Assembly: GCA_963733035.1 (NCBI GenBank)
Contig: CAVTBU010000008.1
Span: 288,001 to 352,000, forward strand
Source: Pirellulales bacterium
Lineage (GTDB): Bacteria > Planctomycetota > Planctomycetia > Pirellulales > PALSA-1355
Length of the DNA stretch: 64,000 bases
Direction: 5' to 3'
The notes beneath the pieces are model-generated. The model saw only the letters and a program-made list of their open reading frames with translations. It had not been told where the DNA came from and did not search any database. Shown here piece after piece: positions 1 to 10,081 of the stretch. Numbering within the stretch: position 1 is the stretch's first letter; each line of letters starts with the position of its first letter. The position numbers and the translations under genes were made by a program.

Positions 1-1
1 G

Positions 2-202
2 AAGAACCTGGGTAACCGAGGCCCCGGCGTCTTCGCCATCCCGGGCCTGGTGAAAATCGAAAAGAAGAAGGTCCCGGCTCGACCGGCTCAGAAGAACGTT
101 CCGAACCCGTTCAAGCCGGGCGAATTCATGGACCGTCCAGCCAAGCCGGCCAGCGTCAAGGTCAAGGTTCGTGCGCTTAAGAACCTGAAGGACATGGTCT
201 GA
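2..202 (+). CDS. HU/IHF-like DNA-binding protein, 3' part (5' end outside window)
   Basis: Frame 2 reads KNLGNRGPGVFAIPGLVKIEKKKVPARPAQKNVPNPFKPGEFMDRPAKPASVKVKVRALKNLKDMV*, typical of the HU beta-arm and C-terminal helix. Confidence 0.8.
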   Translation, partial: KNLGNRGPGVFAIPGLVKIEKKKVPARPAQKNVPNPFKPGEFMDRPAKPASVKVKVRALKNLKDMV

Positions 203-394
203 GGCACTAGCCCGCCGCGATACGGCTCGTGGAATCTGCGAACCGTTCCCAGCCGATTTGGGAAACTGCCGCCTGATGACGGCGCTTCGCAACACACATG
301 TCCGCTCGGCCAGATTCGCCTCACGCCCCGCACTTGCGGGGCCGTGAGCGAATCTGGACGAGCGGTTTCATTGCGCCCTGACATTGCAAGCGAC

Positions 395-844
395 CTAGCG
401 CGCCTTGACCTTCGCTTTGGGACGTACAGTTCGTCTCCCGGCGTGGTCGAGTCGCTCCAAGTCTGCCAGCGTCACGTGCCGCAATCGATCCGAGAATCGC
501 TTAGCGTTCTCTTCACAGAGCTCATTCACGTAGGCGATGGCCGAACGTTGCGCGTTGCAGGCTGCTTCAAGAATGCTGGGGTCGAGTCCACTCTCCACGC
601 CCAGCACGATCTCGAGCAGCGAGATGTCGTCCGGTGCTTTAGCCAGGGCGTAGCCACCACCAGGGCCGGACGTCCCGCGTAGCAAGCCCGCATCAACCAA
701 CTTGCGCAGCACGCGATAAAGAAACCTGGGGGGAAATCGACAACCACGTGCAATCCGTGACGCGGTCACGGGACCATCGCGTGTCAACCGCTCGATTTGC
801 AGCAACACGCCAACGCCATAACTAACCGATAGGGTCAGTTTCAT
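395..844 (-). CDS. Rrf2 family transcriptional regulator
   Basis: wHTH with FLYRVLRKLVDAGLLRGTSGPGGGYALAK..DISLLEIV; start taken at MKLTLSVSYG. Confidence 0.9.
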   Translation of the reverse strand: MKLTLSVSYGVGVLLQIERLTRDGPVTASRIARGCRFPPRFLYRVLRKLVDAGLLRGTSGPGGGYALAKAPDDISLLEIVLGVESGLDPSILEAACNAQRSAIAYVNELCEENAKRFSDRLRHVTLADLERLDHAGRRTVRPKAKVKAR

Positions 845-1147
845 CTGGGTCTCCTCCACGAGCAAGAAGCCCTTGTAAACTGCCGTCGACCGCTGTCGAC
901 GGTCATCTGCCCATTCTCATGTTCGCAATTAGGCGCGTTATGACACCAACGAATCGCCGTTCGTAAAAAGAAACGCGAAAGCGTTTCACGGAGAAAAGAA
1001 AACTTGTGAAAGAGCCGTTTCCGCCTCACGACCTCAAGTCAATCACTCGGCATGATGCAGAGTGAGAGGGCTTTGACGCAACCGCGCTGGCCACCCTGCC
1101 GCCAGCCGCGCGGTATCATACCGCGCGCGTACAAGAATGCAAACCTT

Positions 1148-2476
1148 TTATCCCAATTCGCGCAGCGCTTCGATCGGATCCATCGTCGCGGCGCGCACCG
1201 CGGGATACAGGCCGAACACCACGCCAACCGCAACAGAGATTCCAAACGCCAAGGGAATCGACCAACCGACGACCTCGGGTTGAACTTCGCGAATCACTTC
1301 AGGAAGGTTCTTTACAGCAAGTGGAAATGCACCAACTAGCATCGATCGAGCCTGTTGCGTCACGGGACCGCAGGCCAAACCGCAAACAACTCCGCCAATC
1401 CCTCCCACGACCGATAAGACGATCGTCTCAACGAGAAACTGCCGAGCGATGTCCTTCCGCTTTGCCCCCACGGCCCGGCGAATACCGATCTCGCGCGTTC
1501 GCTCGGTAACCGTGGCAAGCATGATATTCATGATCCCAATTCCCCCAACAACCAGGGAAATTGCAGCGATAATCCCCATGAAAATCATGAACATTAGCCG
1601 TGTGGTTCGCGCCTGTTCGAGCAATTCCAACGGTACGGTCACGCCGTAGTCTGGCTTGTCATGGAACTTCGAAAGCGTGGTCTTGACGACCTCCGCAGTC
1701 TCCAAAACGCTGTCGACGGATTTGACACGGAGCGTGATCTGGCTGACTTCCAGAGACTCGCCTTCGAACGAACCACTTCGCTCCGTAATGACAGTGTCGC
1801 CGACCCGCGACCACAGCTCATTGATCGGTATATACACATCACTCGAATAATCCTGCGCGGCCAATGAGCCTCCGATACCCGCTGACGGCGCACGGGCCGC
1901 CACGATGCCGACAACCATGTAATACAGGTTCTCAACGCGCACGGATCGCCCGAGGGCATCCTCAACGGGGAACAAGCGCCGCGCAGTCTCGGCGGCCAGC
2001 ACGCAGACGTTTCGCTTGAACTGTAAATCCGCGTCCGTGAGAAATCGCCCGCGTTCCGTGTGCAGGTGATTGATTGGGGCATACTGCGGAGTGCAGCCGA
2101 CAAGGCGCCCGTCGACCAGATGGTCCTTGCGGCGAAATTCTCGCCTCACCTCGCGGACCGGCAACGCGCGTTCGATCGTGGGAATCGTCGTTTGCAAGCG
2201 ATCGAAATCGCGACGCGTAAGACCATACTTTACGACCCCCTTCTTTTCCTCGTTCGATTCGTCGCGGGGCTTGATCGAACGCACAATGATATTGTCAGCT
2301 CCCAGGCTTTCGATCTGCCGCTGCGCGGCACTGGAAATGCCCTGACCGATGGCTAACAGCCAGATGACGCTGGCCACACCGACCAGGATGCCCAGAATGG
2401 TCAGCGATGAACGTAGCGGGTGTAGTCGCAGGCTCCGCACGCCAAGCTGCCAGATGCGAAGCGTTGCGAAATTCAT
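1148..2476 (-). CDS. MacB/FtsX-type ABC transporter permease
   Basis: LRSSLTILGILVGVASVI, GGIGIMNIMLATVTERTREIGIRRAVGA, FGLYPAVRAATMDPIEALR. Confidence 0.95.
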   Translation of the reverse strand: MNFATLRIWQLGVRSLRLHPLRSSLTILGILVGVASVIWLLAIGQGISSAAQRQIESLGADNIIVRSIKPRDESNEEKKGVVKYGLTRRDFDRLQTTIPTIERALPVREVRREFRRKDHLVDGRLVGCTPQYAPINHLHTERGRFLTDADLQFKRNVCVLAAETARRLFPVEDALGRSVRVENLYYMVVGIVAARAPSAGIGGSLAAQDYSSDVYIPINELWSRVGDTVITERSGSFEGESLEVSQITLRVKSVDSVLETAEVVKTTLSKFHDKPDYGVTVPLELLEQARTTRLMFMIFMGIIAAISLVVGGIGIMNIMLATVTERTREIGIRRAVGAKRKDIARQFLVETIVLSVVGGIGGVVCGLACGPVTQQARSMLVGAFPLAVKNLPEVIREVQPEVVGWSIPLAFGISVAVGVVFGLYPAVRAATMDPIEALRELG

Positions 2477-3998
2477 AGCCCGGCGCCTCCCGATGGACTT
2501 GCCGCCGTGGCCGTGCGTTCGTTGCTGGCCTGCCGGGCGTCGTCGCCGGCTTCCGCCACCAGTGTCGTTGCGTCCAAACTCTCGTCGGAAATGTGAGAGC
2601 GCGGATTGAGGAGCACCTCGTCGCCAACCTTCAGACCCTGGCGAATCACGAGAAACTTTTCATTGGTCGAACCTACCAGCACCTGTCGTGGCGCAAGTTT
2701 CTCACCAGATCGCTGTACGCAATAGTACTTGCCACCCCGTTCAAGGACGGCCTGAATCGGCACCTGCAAGGCATCGCTAATTGTCTCTACCCGAATCGAG
2801 ACGCGCGCCGTCATACCCGGACGCAACCCCTTTGGCGGATCGAACACCTCGACGGTCGTGGCGTATTCTTTTACGCCGGAATTGAACCAGTTATCCGGCG
2901 CAGGATACTCGTTGACGCGCGTCACTTTCCCGGAGAGTTCGACGCCTGGGAGACCTTCAATTTCAATCTTGGCCGGCATGCCGGGTTTGATCTGCTCGAT
3001 CCGCGATTCGGCCACCTTGGCCACCACTTGCATTTGCTTTGGGTCCGGCAAGCGAATCACGACCCGCTGCTCGTGGACGACGGTTCCCTGTTTGATTTGA
3101 TATTCGGCGCCCCCCACCGGTCGCGCTCATGGTCGTAAATCACTTGTCCTTCGACAGGAGCCTTTACCAGGCATTTGGCGATTTGGTCGTCGATGACATT
3201 AAGCTTTTTGTTCTCCAGCGCCAACTTGGCCTCGTCGGCCTTTAATTTCGCTTCCGACGTCTTCATCTTGGCATCGAGTTCCGAGAACTTCTTGGGCTTG
3301 GTGTATTCCACCAGGGCATTGAGTTTGACTTTCGCCGCCCGCAGGTCCGAACGGGACTTGGCCAGGCGAAACTCGTCGCTTTGCAACGCCAGCTTGGGGA
3401 TATAGCCGCGCCGCAAGAGCTTCTTGCTGTGCAATACGCTTTCTTCCGCGTGCGTCACCGCCTGGCTGGCCACCAGGATCTCGCCGTTGAGCTTCTCGCG
3501 CTCGGTTTCAAACTCGCCGAACTCGTATTCCTTGCGCGCGATGATTGCCGACTCCAGATCGTTCTTCGATTGGGCAGCCGTGGCTTCGGCCGTGCCGACA
3601 TTGATCAACTGCGTGGTTCGCTCGGCCTGGAGGGCGGCATCGTCGAACCGTACCAGGAAGTCGCCCTCTTTTACGAGCGTCCCCTCGGCAACGATCTCGA
3701 TGATTTTAACCCCGTTGGTACCGGCCGTGCGAGACTGCACTTCGCAGCGAACCAGCACATTGTTGGAGCTCTCCAACTCCCCACGCTCGTTGATGTCGTG
3801 CTCGAATGTGCCGCGGATCACCCGTTGCAACAGTTCCGGATCGACACTTGCTTCGTCGGCAAACGGGTTCACGTACCACATGGCCGAAGCGGTACCGAGA
3901 ACGCCCAGGATGGCCGAAGCAAGCACCAGTTGCCCGACCGCCAGTCCACTCCGCGCGAAGAAAGGTCGCCGGCGGCGGTCCGAGTTGCCCAATCGCAT
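2473..3998 (-). CDS. MacA/HlyD-like membrane fusion protein, split by a frameshift near 3112
   Basis: ORF 3057-3998 (lipoyl-like VKEGDFLVRFD, coiled coil, VKAPVEGQV) joins ORF 2473-3117 (LRPGMTARV, VLVGSTNE) if one G is added to a G6 run. Confidence 0.85.
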
Positions 3999-4305
3999 GG
4001 CCCACCTCTTGAGAGAAGAGTTTTACCGCGCGATCGCAAGCGCCGGACATGCGCAGCCGCCACGCGGAAGACGCTGTTCCACCGGCTGTCATTCTAACCG
4101 CCTATTGGTGGGATGTCACGAGAAGGCGCCCAAATCGGCATGGCCACGCGCCGCTCGCCGATTGCCGCCGGCCGCGAACACAAGCGCGGCCGAGAATCCG
4201 ATAGTTGCCAGCCCTGCCAGCGAGTCGTAGACTCTATGCGCTTTGTTGCGAACAACGGCGATGAGCGGCCCGGCCGCCCGCGCCACTTCCACCGGCGAGC
4301 CACCC

Positions 4306-4671
4306 ATGTCCAAGGCCTTCAAATACACGTTTCTTGAGCTTGACGACTTCGGCGAGGTGCTGGTTGTGCGATTTAACCAGGCTTCGATCCTCGACCAACA
4401 GATCATCGATCAAATTGGCCGCGAGTTCGACCAGGTACAGCTTGAAGCCTCAGGCAATCGAAAGTTGCTGCTCAACTTTCAGACGGTCGAGTACATGTCC
4501 AGCGCTATGCTGGGCAAGCTGATCCAACTGCACCGCCGCTGCAAGGCGGACAAAATTAAGCTCAAACTCTGCGGTATCGCTAAAAACCCGCTCGACGTCT
4601 TCAAGATCACGAAACTCGACAAGTTGTTTGAGATTCACAAAGACGCGCCGGCTGCTTTAAGCACGTTCTAG
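4306..4671 (+). CDS. STAS-domain anti-sigma factor antagonist
   Basis: LLLNFQTVEYMSSAMLGKLI...LDVFKITKLDKLFEIH. Confidence 0.9.
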   Translation: MSKAFKYTFLELDDFGEVLVVRFNQASILDQQIIDQIGREFDQVQLEASGNRKLLLNFQTVEYMSSAMLGKLIQLHRRCKADKIKLKLCGIAKNPLDVFKITKLDKLFEIHKDAPAALSTF

Positions 4672-5023
4672 CGACCCGCGCCGCGGATGGTACTCTCGAC
4701 CCGGAGGTGAATTTTCGGGTTACGGAATCTTCCAAATGGCCGATTCCAGGCGCGCGGATTTTGAGGGTCGCATTCGCTCATAGCCCTGCAATTTTTGGAG
4801 GTTTCAGCCCAGGCGAAACTTGCCCGCCGTGGCCGGGGTTGAATCATGGGGCCGGGAAGCGGGAGTTCTCATGCGACGAACCGCGGTAGACGTCGCAACG
4901 TTGTTCCGCGGCCAGGCGCCGCGCTAATGCAAGCTGTCCATTGGCACGTCGTCCATCAAGCCCTATTCGACTGGCGTCGCAACCGGCTCTTGCGAACGAG
5001 CCGACGTTCCCCGACCGCGTCGC

Positions 5024-6250
5024 GTGTTGAACGAGATTCGATCCCAATTCACATATACGAGTACGGAAATCGAGACGGGGGCCATGGACTCACTTTTGTC
5101 TCGCATGCGAAAGGCATGGCCTCGCCGGTCCCGTCTCACAAACCACTTCAGTGGGTTCACAGCCGATTGGACGCGACCATCCAAGGAGCTGTATTTTGAG
5201 ACTGGTGGCACGACGGCAGAAGTCCTCGACACGGTATGTCGGTTGTTTTCAGCGGGTCGGGACGCCGCGGTCTATGAATACCTGAGACAGAACGCCGCAT
5301 CTCCGCTGCAAATTCCGTTCTACTATCTCGAATTGGTTCGGGGAAATCGTCTCGGGAATAGCATCGTTTCAAACACGCTCACCGCCGAGCAGATGCGGTT
5401 GGGGTACCAATCCATCCTACAGCGGTCTCCGGGGTACAAGGATATTCTGCGCCGATTGCTGCTGATGCGTTCGTCTCCTGACCTTGTCATTAAGACGCTT
5501 TTGAGCAGCAGGGAGGCGATCATGCGAATGCCGCGTCTTTTTACGAGCGCATTTCCTCATGCTCGTCGTTTGTGGCACTTGCACATACCCAAGACGGCCG
5601 GAACCACCTTTTTCACCGCTGCAGTCGAGAGCGGTTGGGGCTTTGTCAACATAAATACGCTTTCAGATTCCCTGGGAAGTGTCCACCGCCTCGCCGGGGC
5701 AATACGGCTCCGTCCCGAAGATGATGGCGATGTGATCATATCCGGGCATTGGCACCTTTTCGACTATCTGGACTGCATACCACGGGAAGATCGCATTTTG
5801 GTTTTCGTCAGGGATCCTCTGGAATTGATGGTGTCTGAGTTCAACTACGCGGTGGACGTGGTCAACCGCCGTTCGAACGTGCATGCCGGAGAGGCCGCCC
5901 CATTCTTCGAACGAGGGCTAGACCCAATGAGTTTCCGAAGAACGTACGACCGCGGTTTCTTTTCGTTCAACCTCCAATGTTCCTACTTGTCCAAACGCGG
6001 AACCTTTCGATCGGCGTTGGATAACCTCAACCGGTGCCATGCGGAGCTGATACCTTCTGAGTACGTGAACCGTGCCATCCTGAGACACTTTCCGCACGTG
6101 GCCGAAAGGCGGGACAATGTCTCAAACAAGTATGTTCACACCGGCGACATTGATCGCACCACGCGCGAAAAGATTCTCGTCCGATGCCATCACGATGTCT
6201 TGCTCTATCAGAGCGCCAAGTGGCGTTTGCAGGATAACGACTTGGGCTGA
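5024..6250 (+). CDS. Protein with C-terminal sulfotransferase-like (Sulfotransfer_2) domain
   Basis: HLHIPKTAGTTF PAPS-binding loop, ISGH, FVRDPLELMVSEFNY; start uncertain. Confidence 0.65.
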   Translation: MLNEIRSQFTYTSTEIETGAMDSLLSRMRKAWPRRSRLTNHFSGFTADWTRPSKELYFETGGTTAEVLDTVCRLFSAGRDAAVYEYLRQNAASPLQIPFYYLELVRGNRLGNSIVSNTLTAEQMRLGYQSILQRSPGYKDILRRLLLMRSSPDLVIKTLLSSREAIMRMPRLFTSAFPHARRLWHLHIPKTAGTTFFTAAVESGWGFVNINTLSDSLGSVHRLAGAIRLRPEDDGDVIISGHWHLFDYLDCIPREDRILVFVRDPLELMVSEFNYAVDVVNRRSNVHAGEAAPFFERGLDPMSFRRTYDRGFFSFNLQCSYLSKRGTFRSALDNLNRCHAELIPSEYVNRAILRHFPHVAERRDNVSNKYVHTGDIDRTTREKILVRCHHDVLLYQSAKWRLQDNDLG

Positions 6251-6307
6251 CGGTTTCCGCGAGATCGCTTGAGCTTGTCGCTACCGTTAGAGGTTCAGGC
6301 CACCGAC

Positions 6308-9300
6308 TCAATCGACTGCCGCCCGCCCGCGCATCGCGCGACCAATCCACTCATCCTCGAAGAGTAATGCCCAGTCCCAATCGTCTGCATGCGCCCAGAA
6401 GGCGGCCAATGACGCGGTTGTCGGCGTCGGGGAGGCGGTTGCGACCATGTTCGGCACGCGAATTTGTCGATCGGCGAGCGGCTCTCTCTTCACCGTAGCT
6501 ATTCCAGGAACCACCGTCGTTCGCATCTCGAAAGCGGCATCAGCGGCGGTCGGCGCCGCGATTGCGGGGACCAGGTCCCGATTTCCCTGCAGCCACATAA
6601 GATACCCGATCGCCCCAGGATGCATCCGCGCAATGATCTGATCGGCGGCGTTGACTTTGCCGTCGCGGTTGAAGTCATAAGGGTTGTCGATCGCAACCTC
6701 GAAACCAACGTTCTGACGCACTAGAACTTCATCGCTGGCATCGGTGGTCGGCAGGGAATATTTCGCGTGTGTCGATCCCACCTTATTGCCAAAGAAGTAA
6801 ACCTCCGACGCAGCCAGGCCAGTATGGGCGTTATGACCACCCACCAGATCGTTTCCCGCGACGATCACGCGTAGCCAGCGGTCGACGATCGCCCCGTCCG
6901 GCCAGATGAGCGTCATCCGATCCGAACCGAACAAGCCTTCGCCCGTGCGAACGGTCAGCGAAGTCGGTTCAGGCGCCGAACTCCATCGAAACGTTCGTGG
7001 CACCGTAGTAGCGGAACCGGCTTCACTCCACTCGAAACGAAAATCGGCCAGTCTCGGTGCATTAGCCATGCCCACGACGTCGAACATCAGGCCGTTGATG
7101 CCACGTACATAGCTAGTCACGTTTTCCATGTCGGAGGTATCAGGAACCTGGTAAGCCTGCTTGTCCGTTGCGATGGCGCCGTCATCCTGCCGGCTCGGCC
7201 CACTGGTATAGCCGTCGAAGTACGAATTGTTGTAGAAGAGATGGGTTGCCAATACGGCGGGCGACGGGTCGCGCGGCACAATCCAGGGATCGGCGCCGTA
7301 GACCGGATCGCGCGTGCTGTAAAATAGGGTCCCGCCGACATTTGCAAGACCGTGAGGATAGGCATCGAAATGGTAGGCCGCCGGGGATCGTTTGCTGAGT
7401 AAAACCGTTCCGACGACCGTTCCGTCCGACTGCCAAACTCCGTCGCCAGACAGGAAGTACACGCTGTCGTTGGCAACGATCATTTCCTCCGGCTGCGCGT
7501 ACTCGTCCAGTTGCAATGTTCCGCTGGCTGTACCATCACTCCTCCAAATTCCCCCCGACTTGCCGAACACTAGCGCGCCGTTGAAGTTAACCGCGGGGCC
7601 ATCGTACGAGTCTCCCGCCACAAATGGCCTGGTTCCCGACGCCGTGCCATCGGTTTCCCATAGGACCCTGTTCCAGTTGGCCAATTTCAACGCAAAATAC
7701 AAAACGCCGTTGACATTCGTAAAATCGAACAGTTCCGAGTCGGAGTCCGCGCCCCCTGCCGTGATGTCCGCGACCAGGGCCGTGCCTTGTTCGGTACCGT
7801 CACTGCGCCACAGTTCGTTGCCATGCTCCCCGTCGTTCGCGACGAAATACAGAGTCTCGTTCTCGTATGTCAGATTTGCGACGTCGGCAGCTCCGTGCGG
7901 GTTGATATCTTTGACCAGCGTAGTCCCCGCGTCGGTTCCGTCACTTTTCCACAATTCCAGTCCATGCGAGCCGTCATTGGCGACAAAGTACAGCACTCCG
8001 CCGGCGTTGAGCAGGTTCGTCGGACTCGATCCGGAACTCCCGAGTTGCAGATCCGTCACCATCACGGTGCCGTCCGCGGTACCATCGCTTTTCCAAAGCT
8101 CCACACCGTGGACGCCGTCATTCGCCGAAAAATAAAGCGTGCCGTCGACGTTCGTCAGGTATTGCGGATCGGAACTCCCGTCGGCGCGAAGATCTTTGAT
8201 CAGGACCGTTCCCTCCAGCGTGCCGTCGCTTCGCCAGAGTTCGTTGCCGTGCGTGCCGTCGTTGGCTCGAAAGAACAGCACGCCGCCAACGTTCGTAAGA
8301 AAGTCAGGACGAGAGGACCCAAAACCCGGCTGGATGTCTCTGACAAGCGTTGTTCCGTCGCGTGTGCCGTCGCTGACCCACAGTTCACGACCGATGCGGT
8401 CCGAGTCCGCAACAAAAAACGCCTGGCCATTTACGTCCGTAAACTTGCCGGCGTAGCCATCGTACGGATTGGTCGTATCAATCTCCTTTACCAGTACAGT
8501 TCCAATCGTGGTTCCGTCCGTGCGCCAAAGTTCCCGCTGCGTTGTTCCGTCATCGGCGGCGAACAACAATTCGCTTCCCAAGGCGGCCATTAGTTGCGGC
8601 CGCGACTGATCCTGGCCCGGCCAGATATCCGCGACGAGACGCGTCCCCTGGACTGTCCCGTCCGTGCGCCACAACTCGCTGCCGTGCGTTCCATCATCGG
8701 CCTGGAAATACAAAATGCCGTCAAGGTTGGCCAGCGCACCGCGGACCTCGAGAGTTGGCAGCGTTTCGTCCCAAAGCATCGTTGTTCCAGCGGGGGTGCC
8801 GTCGCTGACCCACACTGGAAAGCCATGCACCCCATCGGAAGTCGTATACGTCAGTTTCCCCTTGTACTCCCTCAACCCGTTGTAGTCGGCCGACGCAATA
8901 CCGGGCGCCGTGTCCATCACGAGTTGCGTTCCCTCCGGCGTGCCGTCAGTTCTCCACAACTCGCGCCCCACGCCGGCACCAATCGCCGTGAAGAACAGCT
9001 GATCGCCCACGGCGGTCAATTGTTCGGGCAGCGACGACTGCATGCCCGGCAGGATGTCGCTCACCAGGAAGGTTCCGTCGGGTGTACCGTCGCTACGCCA
9101 CAGTTCGCGTCCCGAAGTGCCATCGTCGGCGACGAAGTACAGCAGGTCTCCAACCGCCGTGAGAAAATTCGCGTCGGTGGTTCCGGCCACTTCTCGTGGT
9201 AGGTCCATGACCAACAACGTGCCAGCCTGCGTGCCGTCGCTCTTCCAGAGGCCCAATCCGTCAGCGCCGTGCGCCAGAAAAAAGAGCGTGCCGTTCACAT

Positions 9301-9895
9301 TGGTCAAGTGCGTCGGCTCGGAGCCGCCATTCGGATTGACATCCTTGACAAGGTAGGTTCCCGCTTCGGTTCCATCGCTCCGCCAAAGTTCGCTATCGGG
9401 CGACGTTGAACTGGCAAAATACAAGACACCGTTGACGTTCACCAGGTTGGACAGTCCGCCGGGAAGAAACCTCGCCTCCACGCCGCCAACGGCAACCGTA
9501 CCGCTCTCCGTGCCGTCACTCTTCCACAACCGGTCGTTCTCGAGACCATCACTCGCAACGAAAAACAGCGTGCCGTTTACGTTGGTGAGTTGTTCGACTG
9601 TGTACGGGTGGCTGCCGTTGATATTCGGCCCGATGTCGCGCACCAACCGTGTCCCCTCGGTCGTGCCGTCGCTTAGCCACAGTTCGCGCCCATGCACGCG
9701 ATCGTCGGCCACAAAAAACAGTTGGTCCTCTACCTTGGCGAACTCAACGTCGGAGTAATCCAGCGCACCTTCATCCGGGCTTCCGAGGTCAATCAGCAAT
9801 TCCGGCACCGCCGCCAGCAGGTGGCGATTTTCGAGGGCCTCAAAGCGTCGGCACTGATCAACCCCGAGCGACTGCGTCCATGCAGGCCATTTCAT
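6308..9895 (-). CDS. Surface protein with ELWxxDGT beta-propeller repeats and shared C-terminal module
   Basis: N-terminal RRFEALENRHLLA export motif; many ELWRSDGT repeats; C-terminal FYNNS..DDGAIATDK..TSYVRGINGLMFD..DFNRDGKVNAAD. Confidence 0.9.
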   Translation of the reverse strand: MKWPAWTQSLGVDQCRRFEALENRHLLAAVPELLIDLGSPDEGALDYSDVEFAKVEDQLFFVADDRVHGRELWLSDGTTEGTRLVRDIGPNINGSHPYTVEQLTNVNGTLFFVASDGLENDRLWKSDGTESGTVAVGGVEARFLPGGLSNLVNVNGVLYFASSTSPDSELWRSDGTEAGTYLVKDVNPNGGSEPTHLTNVNGTLFFLAHGADGLGLWKSDGTQAGTLLVMDLPREVAGTTDANFLTAVGDLLYFVADDGTSGRELWRSDGTPDGTFLVSDILPGMQSSLPEQLTAVGDQLFFTAIGAGVGRELWRTDGTPEGTQLVMDTAPGIASADYNGLREYKGKLTYTTSDGVHGFPVWVSDGTPAGTTMLWDETLPTLEVRGALANLDGILYFQADDGTHGSELWRTDGTVQGTRLVADIWPGQDQSRPQLMAALGSELLFAADDGTTQRELWRTDGTTIGTVLVKEIDTTNPYDGYAGKFTDVNGQAFFVADSDRIGRELWVSDGTRDGTTLVRDIQPGFGSSRPDFLTNVGGVLFFRANDGTHGNELWRSDGTLEGTVLIKDLRADGSSDPQYLTNVDGTLYFSANDGVHGVELWKSDGTADGTVMVTDLQLGSSGSSPTNLLNAGGVLYFVANDGSHGLELWKSDGTDAGTTLVKDINPHGAADVANLTYENETLYFVANDGEHGNELWRSDGTEQGTALVADITAGGADSDSELFDFTNVNGVLYFALKLANWNRVLWETDGTASGTRPFVAGDSYDGPAVNFNGALVFGKSGGIWRSDGTASGTLQLDEYAQPEEMIVANDSVYFLSGDGVWQSDGTVVGTVLLSKRSPAAYHFDAYPHGLANVGGTLFYSTRDPVYGADPWIVPRDPSPAVLATHLFYNNSYFDGYTSGPSRQDDGAIATDKQAYQVPDTSDMENVTSYVRGINGLMFDVVGMANAPRLADFRFEWSEAGSATTVPRTFRWSSAPEPTSLTVRTGEGLFGSDRMTLIWPDGAIVDRWLRVIVAGNDLVGGHNAHTGLAASEVYFFGNKVGSTHAKYSLPTTDASDEVLVRQNVGFEVAIDNPYDFNRDGKVNAADQIIARMHPGAIGYLMWLQGNRDLVPAIAAPTAADAAFEMRTTVVPGIATVKREPLADRQIRVPNMVATASPTPTTASLAAFWAHADDWDWALLFEDEWIGRAMRGRAAVD

Positions 9896-9957
9896 TCGTG
9901 TGACTTCCCTGACTGCTTCTGGGGTTGCAAGGTCTAACCCGAGTGAGGGGACAGCGA

Positions 9958-9986
9958 AGTCTAGAAGTACCCAAACGTCAGGTCAA
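9958..9986 (-). promoter_or_regulatory. sigma70-like promoter TTGACC-N17-TAGACT
   Basis: Exact hexamers and 17-bp spacer ~60 bp upstream of the ATG at 9895; same hexamers recur upstream of the paralogue. Confidence 0.7.
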
Positions 9987-10081
9987 CCGGAGTTAAACAG
10001 GTGCGACGTGCCAAGCTTAATGTCCCGGTGTACGCCTGAAACGCAGACGACTACATTCTTGCGGGCGACAAACCACAACGA

